Positions 27,889-39,929 of a stretch of DNA of 63,687 nucleotides are shown here, in pieces (position 1 is the first letter of the stretch; each line of letters begins with the position of its first letter). The DNA comes from Macrostomum lignano. Its lineage: Eukaryota. The notes under the pieces were generated by a model. The model had not been told where the DNA came from. It did not search any database and saw only the letters and a program-made list of their open reading frames with translations. The stretch spans positions 1 to 63,687 of the forward strand of contig NIVC01004031.1 in the NCBI GenBank assembly GCA_002269645.1, written 5' to 3'. A program made the translations under genes and the position numbers.

Positions 27889-29130
27889 CTTCCTGAGTCT
27901 CTGACTGAATCTTCCTGAGTCTCTGACTGAATCTTCCTGAGTCTCTGACTGAATCTTCCTGAGTCTCTGACTGAATCTTCCTGAGTCTCTGACTGAATCT
28001 TCCTGAGTCTCTGACTGAATCTTCCTGAGTCTCTGACTGAATCTTCCTGAGTCTCTGACTGAATCTTCCTGAGTCTCTGACTGAATCTTCCTGAGTCTCT
28101 GACTGAATCTTCCTGAGTCTCTGACTGAATCTGTCTGACCCACTGACTGAATCTGTCTGACCCACTGACTGAATCTGTCTGACCCACTGACTGAATCTGT
28201 CTGACCCACTGACTGAATCTGTCTGACTCGCTGACTGAATCTTCCTGACTTACTGACTGAATCTCCCTGACTCACTGACTGAATCTCTCTGACTCACTGA
28301 CTGAATTTTCCTGACTTACTGACTGAATCTCCCTGACTCACTGACTGAATCTCCCTGACTCACTGACTGAATCTGTCTGACCCACTGACTGAATCTCCCT
28401 GACTCACTGACTGAATCTTCCTGACTCTCTGACTGAATCTCCCTGACCCACTGACTGAATCTCCCTGACTCACTGACTGAATCTCCCTGACTCACTGACT
28501 GAATCTCCCTGACTCACTAACTGAATCTCCCTGACTCACTGACTGAATCTTCCTGACTCACTGACTGAATCTTCCTGACTCACTGACTGAATCTTCCTGA
28601 CTCACTGACTGAATCTTCCTGACTCACTGACTGAATCTCCCTGACTCACTGACTGAATCTCCCTGACTCACTGACTGAATCTCCCTGACTCACTGACTGA
28701 ATCTTCCTGACTCACTGACTGAATCTTCCTGACTCACTGACTGAATCTTCCTGACTCACTGACTGAATCTTCCTGACTCACTGACTGAATCTTCCTGACT
28801 CACTGACTGAATCTGTCTGACCCACTGACTGAATCTTCCTGACTCACTGACTGAATCAGTCTGACCCACTGACTGAATCTTCCTGACTCACTGACTGAAT
28901 CTGTCTGACCCACTGACTGAATCTGTCTGACCCACTGACTGGATCTTCCTGACTCACTGACTGAATCTCCCTGACTCACTGACTGAATCTTCCTGACTCA
29001 CTGACTGAATCTCCCTGACTCACTGACTGAATCTCCCTGACTCACTGACTGAATCTCCCTGACTCACTGACTGAATCTTCCTGACTCACTGACTGAATCT
29101 CCCTGACTCACTGACTGAATCTGTCTGACT
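27889..29130. repeat. 22-bp minisatellite CTGACTGAATCTTCCTGACTCA
   Basis: Tandem units with block-wise variants. Confidence 0.95.
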
Positions 29131-29653
29131 TTTTGATCTTTCTCAATCTTTTCTAGCGGTCAGACAAAGCAGGCAGAAGAGGTACAGAGTCAGAGTGCAC
29201 AGTTAAAACTCTGGAAAATAAGAACTAAAAGAACTAGGCAAAAGCAAGCTTGTACATGACACTGACAGACTGCATCAGAGTATGAGCAGTTGATAAAAAA
29301 CGCATGCGAATGCAAAAAAAACACATTTAAAAAGACCTACAGTTGAACACAACACTAAAACACTGAATTCAAAGCTAAGGATAAGTTAATTGTGAGGCGA
29401 ATCGTAAACGATAATTGATCAACCAGCTGCATTGATTACTAACAGTAGAAACACTAAGATTTTTTCGATAATAATTTACGAGTATTTTTGTCCCGCTGCA
29501 CCTTAACTGAGTCAGGTAGAAGAATTCCACACTGATAACAACCACTGCTTGACTCTCTACATTTCTCTAAGCTCAGGTACAGCAGGACAGAATTACACCA
29601 GAATTGGGATCGGAAACCCTGCTGTGAGCAGTTAGACAGACTGGGGGGGGGGC

Positions 29654-29961
29654 TCACATGTGCTCAGGGTGCTCCCGCAGCTGCTCAATAAAGTCCCGCG
29701 GCTTCATCTGGCCCGAGCAGATAAGGTGCACCGCCACCATCAGGGGGAACCGTTGCAGCTGGCCCTCCTCCTGCAGGGCTCGGTGCACCTCGGCTGCGAT
29801 GAGGGGGCCCTGCAGACGCTGGCCGTCCAGCATCTCCTTCTCCAGCTGGCGCAGCGGCTTGCCGGTGAGGACCATCGCTTCTCCCAGCTTGCGGTTGCGG
29901 CCGCCGTAGCAGGTGGTCACGAGATCGTGCATGCCAAGCGGCCCCGAGCCGTCATGGGTGG
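29654..29961 (-). CDS. GPD1: GPDH exon 5 (terminal)
   Basis: cccgcag|ATHDGSGPLGMHDLVTTCYGGRNRKLGEAM...MLDGQRLQGPLIAAEV...RFPLMVAVHLIC...LREHPEHM*; 308 nt. Confidence 0.93.
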
Positions 29962-29984
29962 CTGCGGGTGGGGTGGTAGGCGGG

Positions 29985-30536
29985 TAGATAGGTGGATAGG
30001 TACTTAGGTAGTTGGGTAGGTAAATAGGTAGGTAGGTAGATAGGTAGCCAAGTTTGATAGGTAGCTAGGTAGATAGGTAGGTAGCTAGGTAGAAAGGTAG
30101 GTAGATGGGTAGCTAGGTAGATAGGTAGCTAGGTAGATAGGTAGCTAGGTAGCTAGGTAGATAGGTAGCTAGGTAGATAGGTAGCTAGATAGGTAGCTAG
30201 GTAGAAAGGTAGATAGATAGGTAGCTAGGTAGAAAGGTAGGTAGATGGGTAGCTAGGTAGATAGGTAGCTAGGTAGATAGGTAGCTAGATAGGTAGCTAG
30301 GTAGAAAGGTAGATAGATAGGTAGCTAGGTAGAAAGGTAGATAGATAGGTAGCTAGGTAGAAAGGTAGGTAGATAGGTAGCTAGGTAGCAAGGTAGGTAG
30401 CTAGGTAGATAGGTAGCTAGGTAGATAGGTAGCTAGGTAGATAGGTAGGTAGATAGGTAGATAGGTAGCTAGGTAGATAGGTAGGTAGATAGGTAGATAG
30501 GTAGCTAGGTAGAAAGGTAGGTAGATAGTTGGGTAG
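29985..30536. repeat. Compound TAGG/TAGA/TAGC microsatellite in GPDH intron 4
   Basis: Direct observation. Confidence 0.93.
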
Positions 30537-30809
30537 CTTGTGGCGAGGCAGTGCATCTCAGTGGTTACGGTGCGTGTCTGACCCTCGCGCTAGAGCACCC
30601 TCGTGTTTGATTCCGCGCGGGGCCACATTAACTGAGGGCCTTCATTAAAAAAATAACTTGAGGCTGTCCCGGAGCCTGAGCAGCTCAGCGGAGTGGGCCT
30701 TGCCTGCCTCCTGGCTGCAGGTGGCCTCGCACTTCTGCGACTTACTCAAGGGTCAGTAGCTTGAAAAAGGTGGGCAGTAACAAAAGCAAACGCAAATTTG
30801 CCAACTCAC

Positions 30810-30896
30810 CCGCCCATTTGACATCCTTGGTGTTGTAGCAGGAGGAGATGATGTCCCCGATGCCGCAGCTCTGCATCAGTGTGCGCTTCGTCACGC
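30810..30896 (-). CDS. GPD1: GPDH exon 4 (87-nt symmetrical exon)
   Basis: cgcccag|[29 protein letters not shown]|GTGAGT; homologous to the TFLESCGVADLITTCY segment; phase 1-1. Confidence 0.8.
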
Positions 30897-30941
30897 CTGG
30901 GCGATAAATGGTTGCGTAACGGCTGGATTGGAGTTGTTGAA

Positions 30942-30942
<1 letters not shown>

Positions 30943-30988
<46 letters not shown>

Positions 30989-31051
30989 TAGACAGACAGA
31001 TAGACAGACAGATAGACAGACAGATAGACAGACAGATAAACAGACAGATAA

Positions 31052-31118
<67 letters not shown>

Positions 31119-31198
31119 CTAAGACAGACAGACAGACAGACAGACAGACACAGACAGACAGACACAAGAGACGCACACAGGCACACACAGACACAGAC
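30943..31198. repeat. (GACA)n microsatellite in GPDH intron 3
   Basis: Direct observation; includes one GACACTAAGACA interruption. Confidence 0.95.
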
Positions 31199-31209
31199 CG
31201 CAGTCTCAC

Positions 31210-31582
31210 CAGCGGAGCCGTAGAACCGCTGCACATATCGCAGTATCTCCATGAAGCCCAGCCGGATCACAGCAGCCTTGGTGTTGTCCCCGAAGCCCAG
31301 AGCGTCGCAGAAGCCGGCCCCGGTGGCCACGATGCTCTTCAGGGCACCGCAGATCTCCACGGAGAATTCGTTCTCAATGATGCTGATCCGGAAGTACGGC
31401 GTCTGAAACAGGCGCTTGAGCTGGGCGGCCCGGGTGGGGTCCCGGCAGCCGAGGGTGGCCTCGCAGTACACCTCCTTGGCGATCTCTGGGGCGAGGTTCG
31501 CGCCCATCAGCACCGCGCACTCCATGCCAAGGTTGCTTCGAATCAGGTCTGTCAGTAGGCTGAGGCCTTTCGGCATTGGCTC
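31210..31582 (-). CDS. GPD1: GPDH exon 3
   Basis: ttcccag|[10 protein letters not shown]...[12 protein letters not shown]...[35 protein letters not shown]...RFYGSA|GTGAGA; 373 nt, phase 0-1. Confidence 0.95.
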
Positions 31583-31605
31583 CTGGGAATCACAGAGATC
31601 GGCTG

Positions 31606-32843
31606 GTTCTTCACTGAGCACTGCTGCCCTCCCCCTGATTCTTCACTGAGCACCGCTGCCCTCCTCCTGATTCTTCACTGAGCACCGCTGCCCTCCCCCT
31701 GATTCTTCACTGAGCACCGCTGCCCTCCCCCTGATTCTTCACTGAGCACCGCTGCCCTCCCCCCTGATTCTTCACTGAGCACCGCTGCCCTCCCCCCCTG
31801 ATTCTTCACTGAGCACCGCTGCCCTCCCTCTGATTCTTCACTGAGCACCGCTGCCCTCCCCTGATTCTTCACTGAGCACCGCTGCCCTCCCCCTGATTCT
31901 TCACTGAGCACCGCTGCCCTCCCCCTGATTCTTCACTGAGCACCGCTGCCCTCCCCCCCCCCCCCTGATTCTTCACTGAGCACTGCTGCCCTCCCCTGAT
32001 TCTTCACTGAGCACCGCTGCCCTCCCCCTGATTCTTCACTGAGCACCGCTGCCCTCCCCCCTGATTCTTCACTGAGCACCGCTGCCCTCCCCCCCCCTGA
32101 TTCTTCACTGAGCACCGCTGCCCTCCCCCTGATTCTTCACTGAGCACCGCTGCCCTCCCCCTTATTCTTCACTGAGCACCGCTGCCCTCCCCCTGATTCT
32201 TCACTGAGCACCGCTGCCCTCCCCCCTGATTCTTCACTGAGCACCGCTGCCCTCCCCCCCCTGATTCTTCACTGAGCACCGCTGCCCTCCCTCTGATTCT
32301 TCACTGAGCACCGCTGCCCTCCCCTGATTCTTCACTGAGCACCGCTGCCCTCCCCCTGATTCTTCACTGAGCACCGCTGCCCTCCCCCTGATTCTTCACT
32401 GAGCACCGCTGCCCTCCCCCCCCCTGATTCTTCACTGAGCACTGCTGCCCTCCCCTGATTCTTCACTGAGCACCGCTGCCCTCCCCCTGATTCTTCACTG
32501 AGCACCGCTGCCCTCCCCCTGATTCTTCACTGAGCACCGCTGCCCTCCCCCCCCCTGATTCTTCACTGAGCACCGCTGCCCTCCCCCTGATTCTTCACTG
32601 AGCACCGCTGCCCTCCCCCTGATTCTTCACTGAGCACCGCTGCCCTCCCCCTGATTCTTCACTGAGCACCGCTGCCCTCCCCTGATTCTTCACTGAGCAC
32701 CGCTGCCCTCCCCCCCCCCTGATTCTTCACTGAGCACCGCTGCCCTCCCCTGATTCTTCACTGAGCACCGCTGCCCTCCCCCTGATTCTTCACTGAGCAC
32801 CGCTGCCCTCCCCCTGATTCTTCACTGAGCTGAGCACCGCTGC
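31606..32843. repeat. About 32-bp minisatellite CTGATTCTTCACTGAGCACCGCTGCCCT(C)n filling GPDH intron 2
   Basis: Tandem units with a variable poly-C tract. Confidence 0.96.
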
Positions 32844-32855
32844 CATGGCCCTCAC

Positions 32856-33134
32856 CTCTTCCTGCCCAGCAAAAACGCCCTTGATTAGCGAGACTGCGCA
32901 GGCACCCGGCCGCGTGTGACCCTTCAGTCCAGCAAGCACTTGAGGCAGAAACTGCTGAGGCAGCACAAATATGAGGATGTCAGCCCAGCTGCCCAGCTCA
33001 GCAAGGTCAGTGACAGCGATGGCATTCTCTGGAAGGCGAGTGCCCGCCAAGTACTTCACATTCTCATGCCGTGTATTGATGATGTCTGAAAGCTTTTCTT
33101 CACCAATCAGCTCCTCGTGAACCCAGATTCGCAC
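32856..33134 (-). CDS. GPD1: GPDH exon 2
   Basis: aatcag|VRIWVHEE...INTRHENVKYL...DILIFVLPQQF...VSLIKGVFAGQEE|GTGAGG; 279 nt, phase 0-0; conserved ENVKYL and SLIKG motifs. Confidence 0.95.
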
Positions 33135-33587
33135 CTGATTGTTGAATTCAAATGATGGTAAACACAGATGAGTCTCACAGGTTATTGAACTAATAAACTG
33201 AATGCACTTTCACTAAAAGCTATTTTTGTGTATATTAAAATATATAGTGAATGGAAACAACAAAATTAAATTTTATTGAATAAAAGAAATATTTTGACTT
33301 TTACCTCTTGATATCAATTTAATTTGAGATTAGACAAGATCAAAAATTGGGGATTGGGATCACAATTTTTGCCTAGATTTTAAGTTCATAAGATCAATAC
33401 TAGAATTTTAATTATTGAATAAACAGGGGTTTTAAATTTACTTTTTATGTATAAACAACTTTTTTAAACTATATTAGCCAACAGGCATTCTTTTACAAAG
33501 AATTCATCCCATAAAATTGTACTTAAAAATTAGACAACTTAGCCTAGATATTACATTAGAATTGATACAAATTTATAGACTGTTAAT

Positions 33588-33762
33588 CATATATGCGCAA
33601 CCTTGGGAATTACTTGGCCGTTTCTATTGGCAACACACACATGTAAGTTGCTATTGGACAGAATAGTACTCACATGATTGCTCTCCGCCAATAGCAACTT
33701 ACATCATATGTGTGTGGCCAATAGAAATGGCCGGGTGAATCCCTAGGTTGCGCCCAAGCATG
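33588..33762. mobile_element. Foldback MITE (CAT...ATG ends, 8-bp TSD), copy 1
   Basis: Internally palindromic (GCGCAACCTTGGGA...TCCCTAGGTTGCGC); flanked by direct repeat CTGTTAAT at 33580-33587 and 33763-33770; lies in GPDH intron 1. Confidence 0.8.
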
Positions 33763-34249
33763 CTGTTAATGATTACTATTATCTAAACTAGTATTGTTGT
33801 TATACCCAAAAAAAACTAAATAAAATATAGCAAAAAACATGAAATAAAAACATAATTGCTTTATGAATTATACTAATTTCAGCACTAGTTGCTTAAAGCA
33901 AAGATTATTTATAACTTAAAATTCATAAAATATATATTTAGGATAGAATCCCATGAATATAAGGTAATCTTTCAATATTATACAGTGAGAAGCAAAATGA
34001 TAGACCTTGCTAAGTCTATATTTGAATGTTTTAGGAATTGAATCTCAAGGATCCAAGTAAATATTATAATAAATTTATAGATTATATTGACATGTTTTCT
34101 GCCATTATAGGCCAAATTGGGAACCAATATTCTACTACACTTGAAATATTACTAATAAAATTTGTTTAGGCCTAGTAAAGTGACAAAAGCACAAATCAAA
34201 AACCGATTTTTGAAACATAAGTCAGATGAGTTGACAATTTTCATTTTAC

Positions 34250-34351
34250 CTCATTGCAAAACTCAGTTGAGCTGCGGGCATTGAGTGCGCATATTTTTGA
34301 AATGCAAGATCCCATATTGCCTGAACCAACAACAGCGACATGCTTTTCCAT
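34250..34351 (-). CDS. GPD1: Glycerol-3-phosphate dehydrogenase (NAD+, cytosolic), exon 1
   Basis: MEKHVAVVGSGNMGSCISKICALNARSSTEFCNE (Rossmann GxGxxG); 102 nt, GAG|GTAAAA donor. Confidence 0.9.
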
Positions 34352-35179
34352 TACGCCGTACGATTCAACTACCGATTTCTGGTACAAGTACAATCAACCG
34401 AGGTAAAAGCAAAAGTGAAAACAAACGAATAGAGAAACAATTATCATAGAGAAAATTCCAAAGGCTCACAATCTAGCAACTGACATGGTCCGTGTGTTGA
34501 AAGAATCAGGCGAACTAGAATAATTAAAAATAGACTGTTTAAATATTGAGTTGACGCCAACTGTTCATCATTTTAAGCTATTGAATTTAATAATTTGCAG
34601 AAATATAGTTACCTAACTTAAATCTAGTTTTTAAAAATTAAACTCGTTTACTAGCTGTAAATATGTTTTTTGTTTTTGTTTTTTTTCTTTCTAAAGCCAC
34701 GCGATAATTTGTGACAGACGAGAGTCGTGCTTTAAAATTTGCGCTACAAATATAGAGATATATGTATTATACCATCCCATTATATTGTACCATACATTAT
34801 AGCCAAAATATTGTCAAAAAAATTGATTAGGTGGCTTTTTTCCATATAATCTATCATATTCATTCGTTAATACCTTTTCCCCAAAAACATGCAGATGATC
34901 AATTTTTTCTGTGATATACAGCTTCTACGCTCGTAGCTTTAAGAGCACTTAAGTTCAACCTATGTATTAAAAATATATTTAATTTGCATTGATTTTCGTA
35001 GGGTCACAAAGATACTACGAAAAATTGTCTTTTGAGTCAATATCACTGCTTCAAGCAGTGTAGCGTTCGAACATAAAATTTTACTAAAGATAGCTCATGC
35101 ATTGCCACTATGGATATAGGTATTAAAACTGTGCTTGGAGACAAAAATAGGCATGTACACCTCGAAAAAAAACGCCTCG

Positions 35180-35523
35180 TCACTCCAGGTGCGAATCTTC
35201 GCCTTCCACCTTCTGGTTTTTTGGCTGACCCTCGTAATAGCCGCTGTAGACACTGTTCTGGGACTTTCCTCCGCAGTACTTTTTCCGTTCACCGGGGCAG
35301 GGAATGTAGCACAGGTCCTCAGGCGCTCTGCCGTGGAAGCCATACGAATCACCGCACCAGCACTCGGTACCGCGCTGCAGTCCGATGTAATCCGACTTGA
35401 ACAGCTTGCACATCTGAAAGCACCTTTCTACTGTCATGTCTGCAGCGTTGCCCGCCCGATTCGGCAGGTCGCGATCGTCGCTGCGATCGTCATAGCAGCC
35501 GATGTACCTTGCGCTGGCGAAGG
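35180..35523 (-). CDS. WSC-domain secreted protein 1, exon 2 (147 aa total)
   Basis: cgcgcag|AFASARYIGCYDDRSDDRDLP...MTVERCFQMCK...YIGLQRGTECWCGDSY...C...CPGERKKYCGG...NSVY; full 8-Cys WSC pattern (Y-x-GCY-x-D, ECWCG, CGG). Confidence 0.9.
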
Positions 35524-35933
35524 CTGCGCGAAAAAAGGTTTTTAGTTTGGTTGCAGGGCTAAAAAATTACTTGATTTAAAACTAAATAAACGGCTTGCAA
35601 GAGTGCACTGAAAGAAATTCTTAAAAAATCAATTACATGCGCGCCATTCCCTGTGTGCCATTATATGTGTATATAATAATAATAATAATAACAATAATAA
35701 TAATACTAAAAATAATTGATTACACCTGTCCTAAAAAGGCCAGATGTGCAACCGACAGCTCAGCCTACATATACATGTACAACATATCGCTACATAGAGC
35801 TAGTATGATTTATTCCTTCAAGACTTATGCTTGACGTCTTATGCACTCTTTTTGGCTGATCTAGAATTAAACCAACTCAACTTGTGTGCTACTGTAATTA
35901 AGAGAGTTAACTAGGCAGATCAGCTCAACTCAC

Positions 35934-36033
35934 CGTCAATAGCAACCTTCATGCAGCTTGAGGCCCAGTGAATTCGCAGAGCGGTCATAAAGGCAATCAA
36001 CATGACCGTCACGGCGTGACCTCTGCGCGACAT
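35934..36033 (-). CDS. WSC-domain secreted protein 1, exon 1 (signal peptide)
   Basis: MSRRGHAVTVMLIAFMTALRIHWASSCMKVAID; 100 nt, G|GTGAGT phase-1 donor. Confidence 0.7.
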
Positions 36034-36741
36034 GGCGTCGGGATTAAAACTGTTGGCAGGTAAATCTTTTTAGTGTCACTGGTGCCCTGGTGCATAAATG
36101 CTAAAGCTGCATGGATTCAGCTTCAAGTATATAAGCCTGAAATAAATTTATAGTGTTGCAGCTCATTCAGCTGCAAACTTAAATGCCCCATAGACGATAG
36201 TTACTATGATTTAGCTGGGAAACTTCAGCTTGGGTTCTTAGAAAGTCCACAAATGCCTTGCCATGTTGCTGCATCTGGTCTCGTGTACTCAAGCGAATCG
36301 ATGTCAATTCGTTCGAGATGGCCAACCGACAGAGGTGCATTCTCTGGTAGATCTGACAGTTGTATGTCATGCACCGACTGGGCGTCATTAGCTGGATTAT
36401 TCAAGAAGGGAATGAATACATCAAGATTGTCTTCATTTTCATGGTCCGTTGCACACAGTAGAGAAATGAAGTCCATTTCGGTGCGAGTTACTCCGTTAAG
36501 AGAATCAGTTGACAAGTTCTTCCAATGGAAAAGATTCATTTCACAGAAGAGTACCCATTTGAACGCAAACCTATAATATACTAAGTAAAGCCAAACTTCT
36601 CTGAATTCACTGATCAATTCATAGTCTATGGCCGAAACCTACGCAGTCTAATTCGTTTTTGATTTGCTGAGGTTGCGTTACGCAATGTCTATGGTTAAAG
36701 CATTTTTTATTAGAGGCAGGAAGTTGTGTGCACTCTGGCGA

Positions 36742-37030
36742 GAGGCATTACTGCCCATTCCGCCGACTCCCCTGAGCAGGCATACAAGCGCGCGGATACG
36801 TACGCAGGCACACACTCACACAGGAGTGTACAGCGGCCCTAACTTTATTTTATCGTTAGGCATGTACACTTCACTGCGCCTTGGGGGTTGGCTCTCAAGG
36901 CCGTTAATTGCACGAGCAGAGCCAAGCCGAGATTCCAATTCAGCCCCAAATTAATGTGACTGCACTTGGAATCGAGCCTGGGCCGCTGGCACACCAGAGC
37001 CTGCGCTAGACCGCTGGGCTACGGCCCCCC
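36742..37030 (-). mobile_element. tRNA-derived SINE, copy 2
   Basis: Same tRNA-like head and body as 399-691, with small indels. Confidence 0.75.
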
Positions 37031-37160
37031 TTATGGTTAAGTTACAGTATAAGCTTATTCACAGCTAAACAAGAGTTAAACAATAGCAAAGTCACGAGTG
37101 CGCAGCTGACTGCGTTCAAACGTCTGACAATAAGTCATCAAACTTCTTGATCTATATCCT

Positions 37161-37389
37161 CGACACTCAAAGATCGTGTAATGTTTTGGAGGCCGATTTC
37201 CGTAAAAAAATACACTGCGCGGCGATGGGAAAATTTTATTTTTTCATCACAAAAATCAATGATGGCATTTTATCTGGGTCAGTGATAACTAAAAAGGACT
37301 TATAGTCGTCCTCTGATCTGGCTTAATGAACATTACCATTCTTTGACGCATTTTGGCCTCCAAAAACATTACTCGATCTTTGAGTGTTG
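37161..37389. mobile_element. MITE-like element with about 34-bp terminal inverted repeats
   Basis: ACACTCAAAGATCGTGTAATGTTTTGGAGGCC at 37163-37194 mirrored by GGCCTCCAAAAACATTACTCGATCTTTGAGTGT at 37355-37387; no clear TSD. Confidence 0.55.
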
Positions 37390-37539
37390 CCTCCTGATAT
37401 ACTGCTAGTGGTCCTTGATGGGTACTAGCATTAGCTGGGGTAATTTTGTGTAGGCGCCCCCTCCCAGAGTCTTTGGATTAAACATCCGTACGCAGCCTTC
37501 AGGTGTGCCGCGCAATAGCTGCGGCTGAGCTGCCGGTTG

Positions 37540-38440
37540 CACATCTGCCCATTATCGGCTCAAGCGAGAGGCCTGGTGGCCGGGTCACTACAACGACGTC
37601 GAGCGATACGTCAAGCAGTGTGTGAGATGCGCGGAGATCCGCACGTCACCAGCCCGCACGATGCACACCTGGCCAGCGGAGACAATGGGCGGAGACAAGC
37701 GACCACGCGCACGTGCAAGGAGCCGGCTCCCTCCTCATCGCGATGGACGCCTACTCTGGTTGGCCGGAGGCGGTGCTGGTGCCCGACAGGACGGCCAGAA
37801 CGACGCTGCGGATCCTGCGGGCGATCTTCTCGAGGCGAGGCGTGCCCCGGACCCTGGTATCTGCAGACAACGCGCCAGAATTCTGCGACGGCGAGCTGCA
37901 GCATTGGCTACAGCGCATTGGGTGCAACCTGGTTCACTCGCCGCCGTACCATCCGCAGTCCAACGGCTGTGCTGAGCGCATGGTCCAGACGGTGAAACAC
38001 GGGCTCCGGGCATTCGCAGCCATTCGCAGCGCACCGCGGATCCTTCGAAGCGTACCTGGCCAAGCTGCTGCTCAATTACCGTTCGACGGCGAGGAGCGAC
38101 GGCCGGGGCAGCCCGTCGGCACTGATGGGCCGACAGCTGAGGAGTCCGCTCACGATGGCCTTAGAGATTGACGCACAGTCGTTTACCAGCCAAGCTCCAG
38201 TGCAACGGCCGAGCCCGCTCGCTCTGTGGTCCAAGCTGGAAGCAACACGGCGGTGATCATCCGCGACAACAACCGGCCGGTCCTCGCCCATCGGGACCAA
38301 ATTCGGCCGCTGACCGTCGACTCGACAGTCACGCCAGGGCAGGAGCAAGTGACCGGGCGCGGACCGAGACTCCGAGGCCAGGCAGCCCCAACACCGAAAT
38401 CGAGGTGCCGGCGGCTCCGAGGCGTAGCAACCTTATTGCT
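37540..38440 (+). pseudogene. Gypsy/Ty3 LTR-retrotransposon integrase remnant
   Basis: WWPG...VERYVKQCVRC (zinc-finger end), LLIAMDAYSGWPEA, VPRTLVSADNAPEF, SPPYHPQSNGCAERMVQTVK (rve core), broken by frameshifts; no LTRs seen. Confidence 0.88.
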
Positions 38441-38996
38441 ACGACACGATTAAAAGTGCTTTTTTATCGGCAACTTTTTCTTGTCTTAAAATTCTGCTGC
38501 AAAACTCCAGAGTGACAAAGTGACAAAAGAAAACTTATTAAAGTCTATTTAGTTAATAAAGTAAATGGTAGACAACTTGTTGCAAGAAAAAAACCTTTGT
38601 ATTGCTAAGTTTAAAGCCACAAAAATTCGAGAAATAAATATTCAAGTTCCAGACGAGGCTTATTGGGACGGATCTTTTTTCTGAGGCCATCGGCACACAT
38701 GCACTGTGAAGGCATATATTCCAATAAGTGGTGCAAAAGCCTTTGGCATGGGTGACTAAACCTAATTGAAAAGAAAACAAACCGTCCCTAATTTGCACTG
38801 CTGTGGGAGGGGGGGAATGTTCAGGGCAGAAAAAAACTTCTACAAATGGTTTGTGCCAATAAACAGTTCATTACTTCTTGCGAATGAAGCCGAGTTCAAC
38901 CTGTCAGCTCCTTGCTGATGTCGCATGATGGCGAAGCTCCGTAGCTGCAGAACTAGAAACTTGCTAAGGGGAACTATAGAGTCATCCGCCGGCCTC

Positions 38997-39307
38997 TCAG
39001 TACACAATCTTGTACACCGAGTTGTGCAGCAGGCCGCCGCAGCGGTCTTTACGCTCTCCGACGCACCGAGTTGAGCACATGACCTCTTCTGCTTTGCCGT
39101 GCTTGCCGAACTCTTGGCCGCACCAGCATGAGATGCCCTCCTGCAGGCCGAAGTACTTGGCTTGGTACTTGCGGCACCAGGTCTCGCACAGTTCCCGCTT
39201 CATGTCCGGGTTGTAGCCGGCTAGGGTGGGCAGGTCTCGGGGGACTCGCTTGTCCACGTAACAGCCCTCGTAGACTGGGTGAGGCTTAGGGGCCGCCGCC
39301 TTTATGA
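38997..39307 (-). CDS. WSC-domain secreted protein 2, exon 2 (135 aa total)
   Basis: ctcgcag|IIKAAAPKPHPVYEGCYVDKRVPRDLP...CETWCRK...YFGLQEGISCWCGQEF...CSTRCVGERKDRCGGLLHNSVYKIVY*; WSC Cys pattern. Confidence 0.9.
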
Positions 39308-39312
39308 CTGCG

Positions 39313-39790
39313 AGTGAGGGGTGACAGAGTGGGGAGTGACAGAGTGGGGGGAGTGACAGAGTGAGGAGTGGAGGAGTGACAGAGTGAGGAGTGGGGGAGT
39401 GACAGAGTGGGGGAGTGACAGAGTGGGAGAGTGACAGAGTGAGGAGTAAAAGAGTGGGGGGAGTGACAGAGTGGGGGGAGTTACAAAGTGGGGGGTGACA
39501 GAGTGAGGAGTGTTAGAGTGGGAGAGTGACAGAGTGAGGAGTGACAGAGTGGGGGGAGTGACAGAGTGGGGGAGTGACAGAGTGGGGGAGTGACAGAGTG
39601 GGGGAGTGTCAGAGTGGGGGGTGACAGATTGGGAGGAGTGACAGAGTGGGGGTGACAGAGTGGGGGAGTGACAGAGTGGGAGAGTGACAGAGTGAGGAGT
39701 GACAGAGTGGGGGGTGAGAGATTGGGAGGAGTGACAGAGTGGGGGGAGAGACAGAGTGAGCAGTGGCAGAGTAAGGATGAGAGTTGGGCG
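39313..39790. repeat. About 17-bp purine-rich minisatellite GAGTGACAGAGTG(G)n in the WSC2 intron
   Basis: Tandem units. Confidence 0.9.
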
Positions 39791-39929
39791 AGTGACAGGG
39801 AGTTAATTATGAGCTACTTCAAGCAACTCAGAGTAAACAAACCATAAATACTTTTTATACTCAGCTAAAAAATACAATTTCGATACATATCGCTTATAGC
39901 AGTTCAGATCAAAATAAAGCCGGTCTCAC

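Noticed and set aside
15319-32843. CRISPR-like regularly spaced repeats
   Set aside because: Units are contiguous with no unique spacers, no cas genes, and the DNA is eukaryotic with spliceosomal introns.
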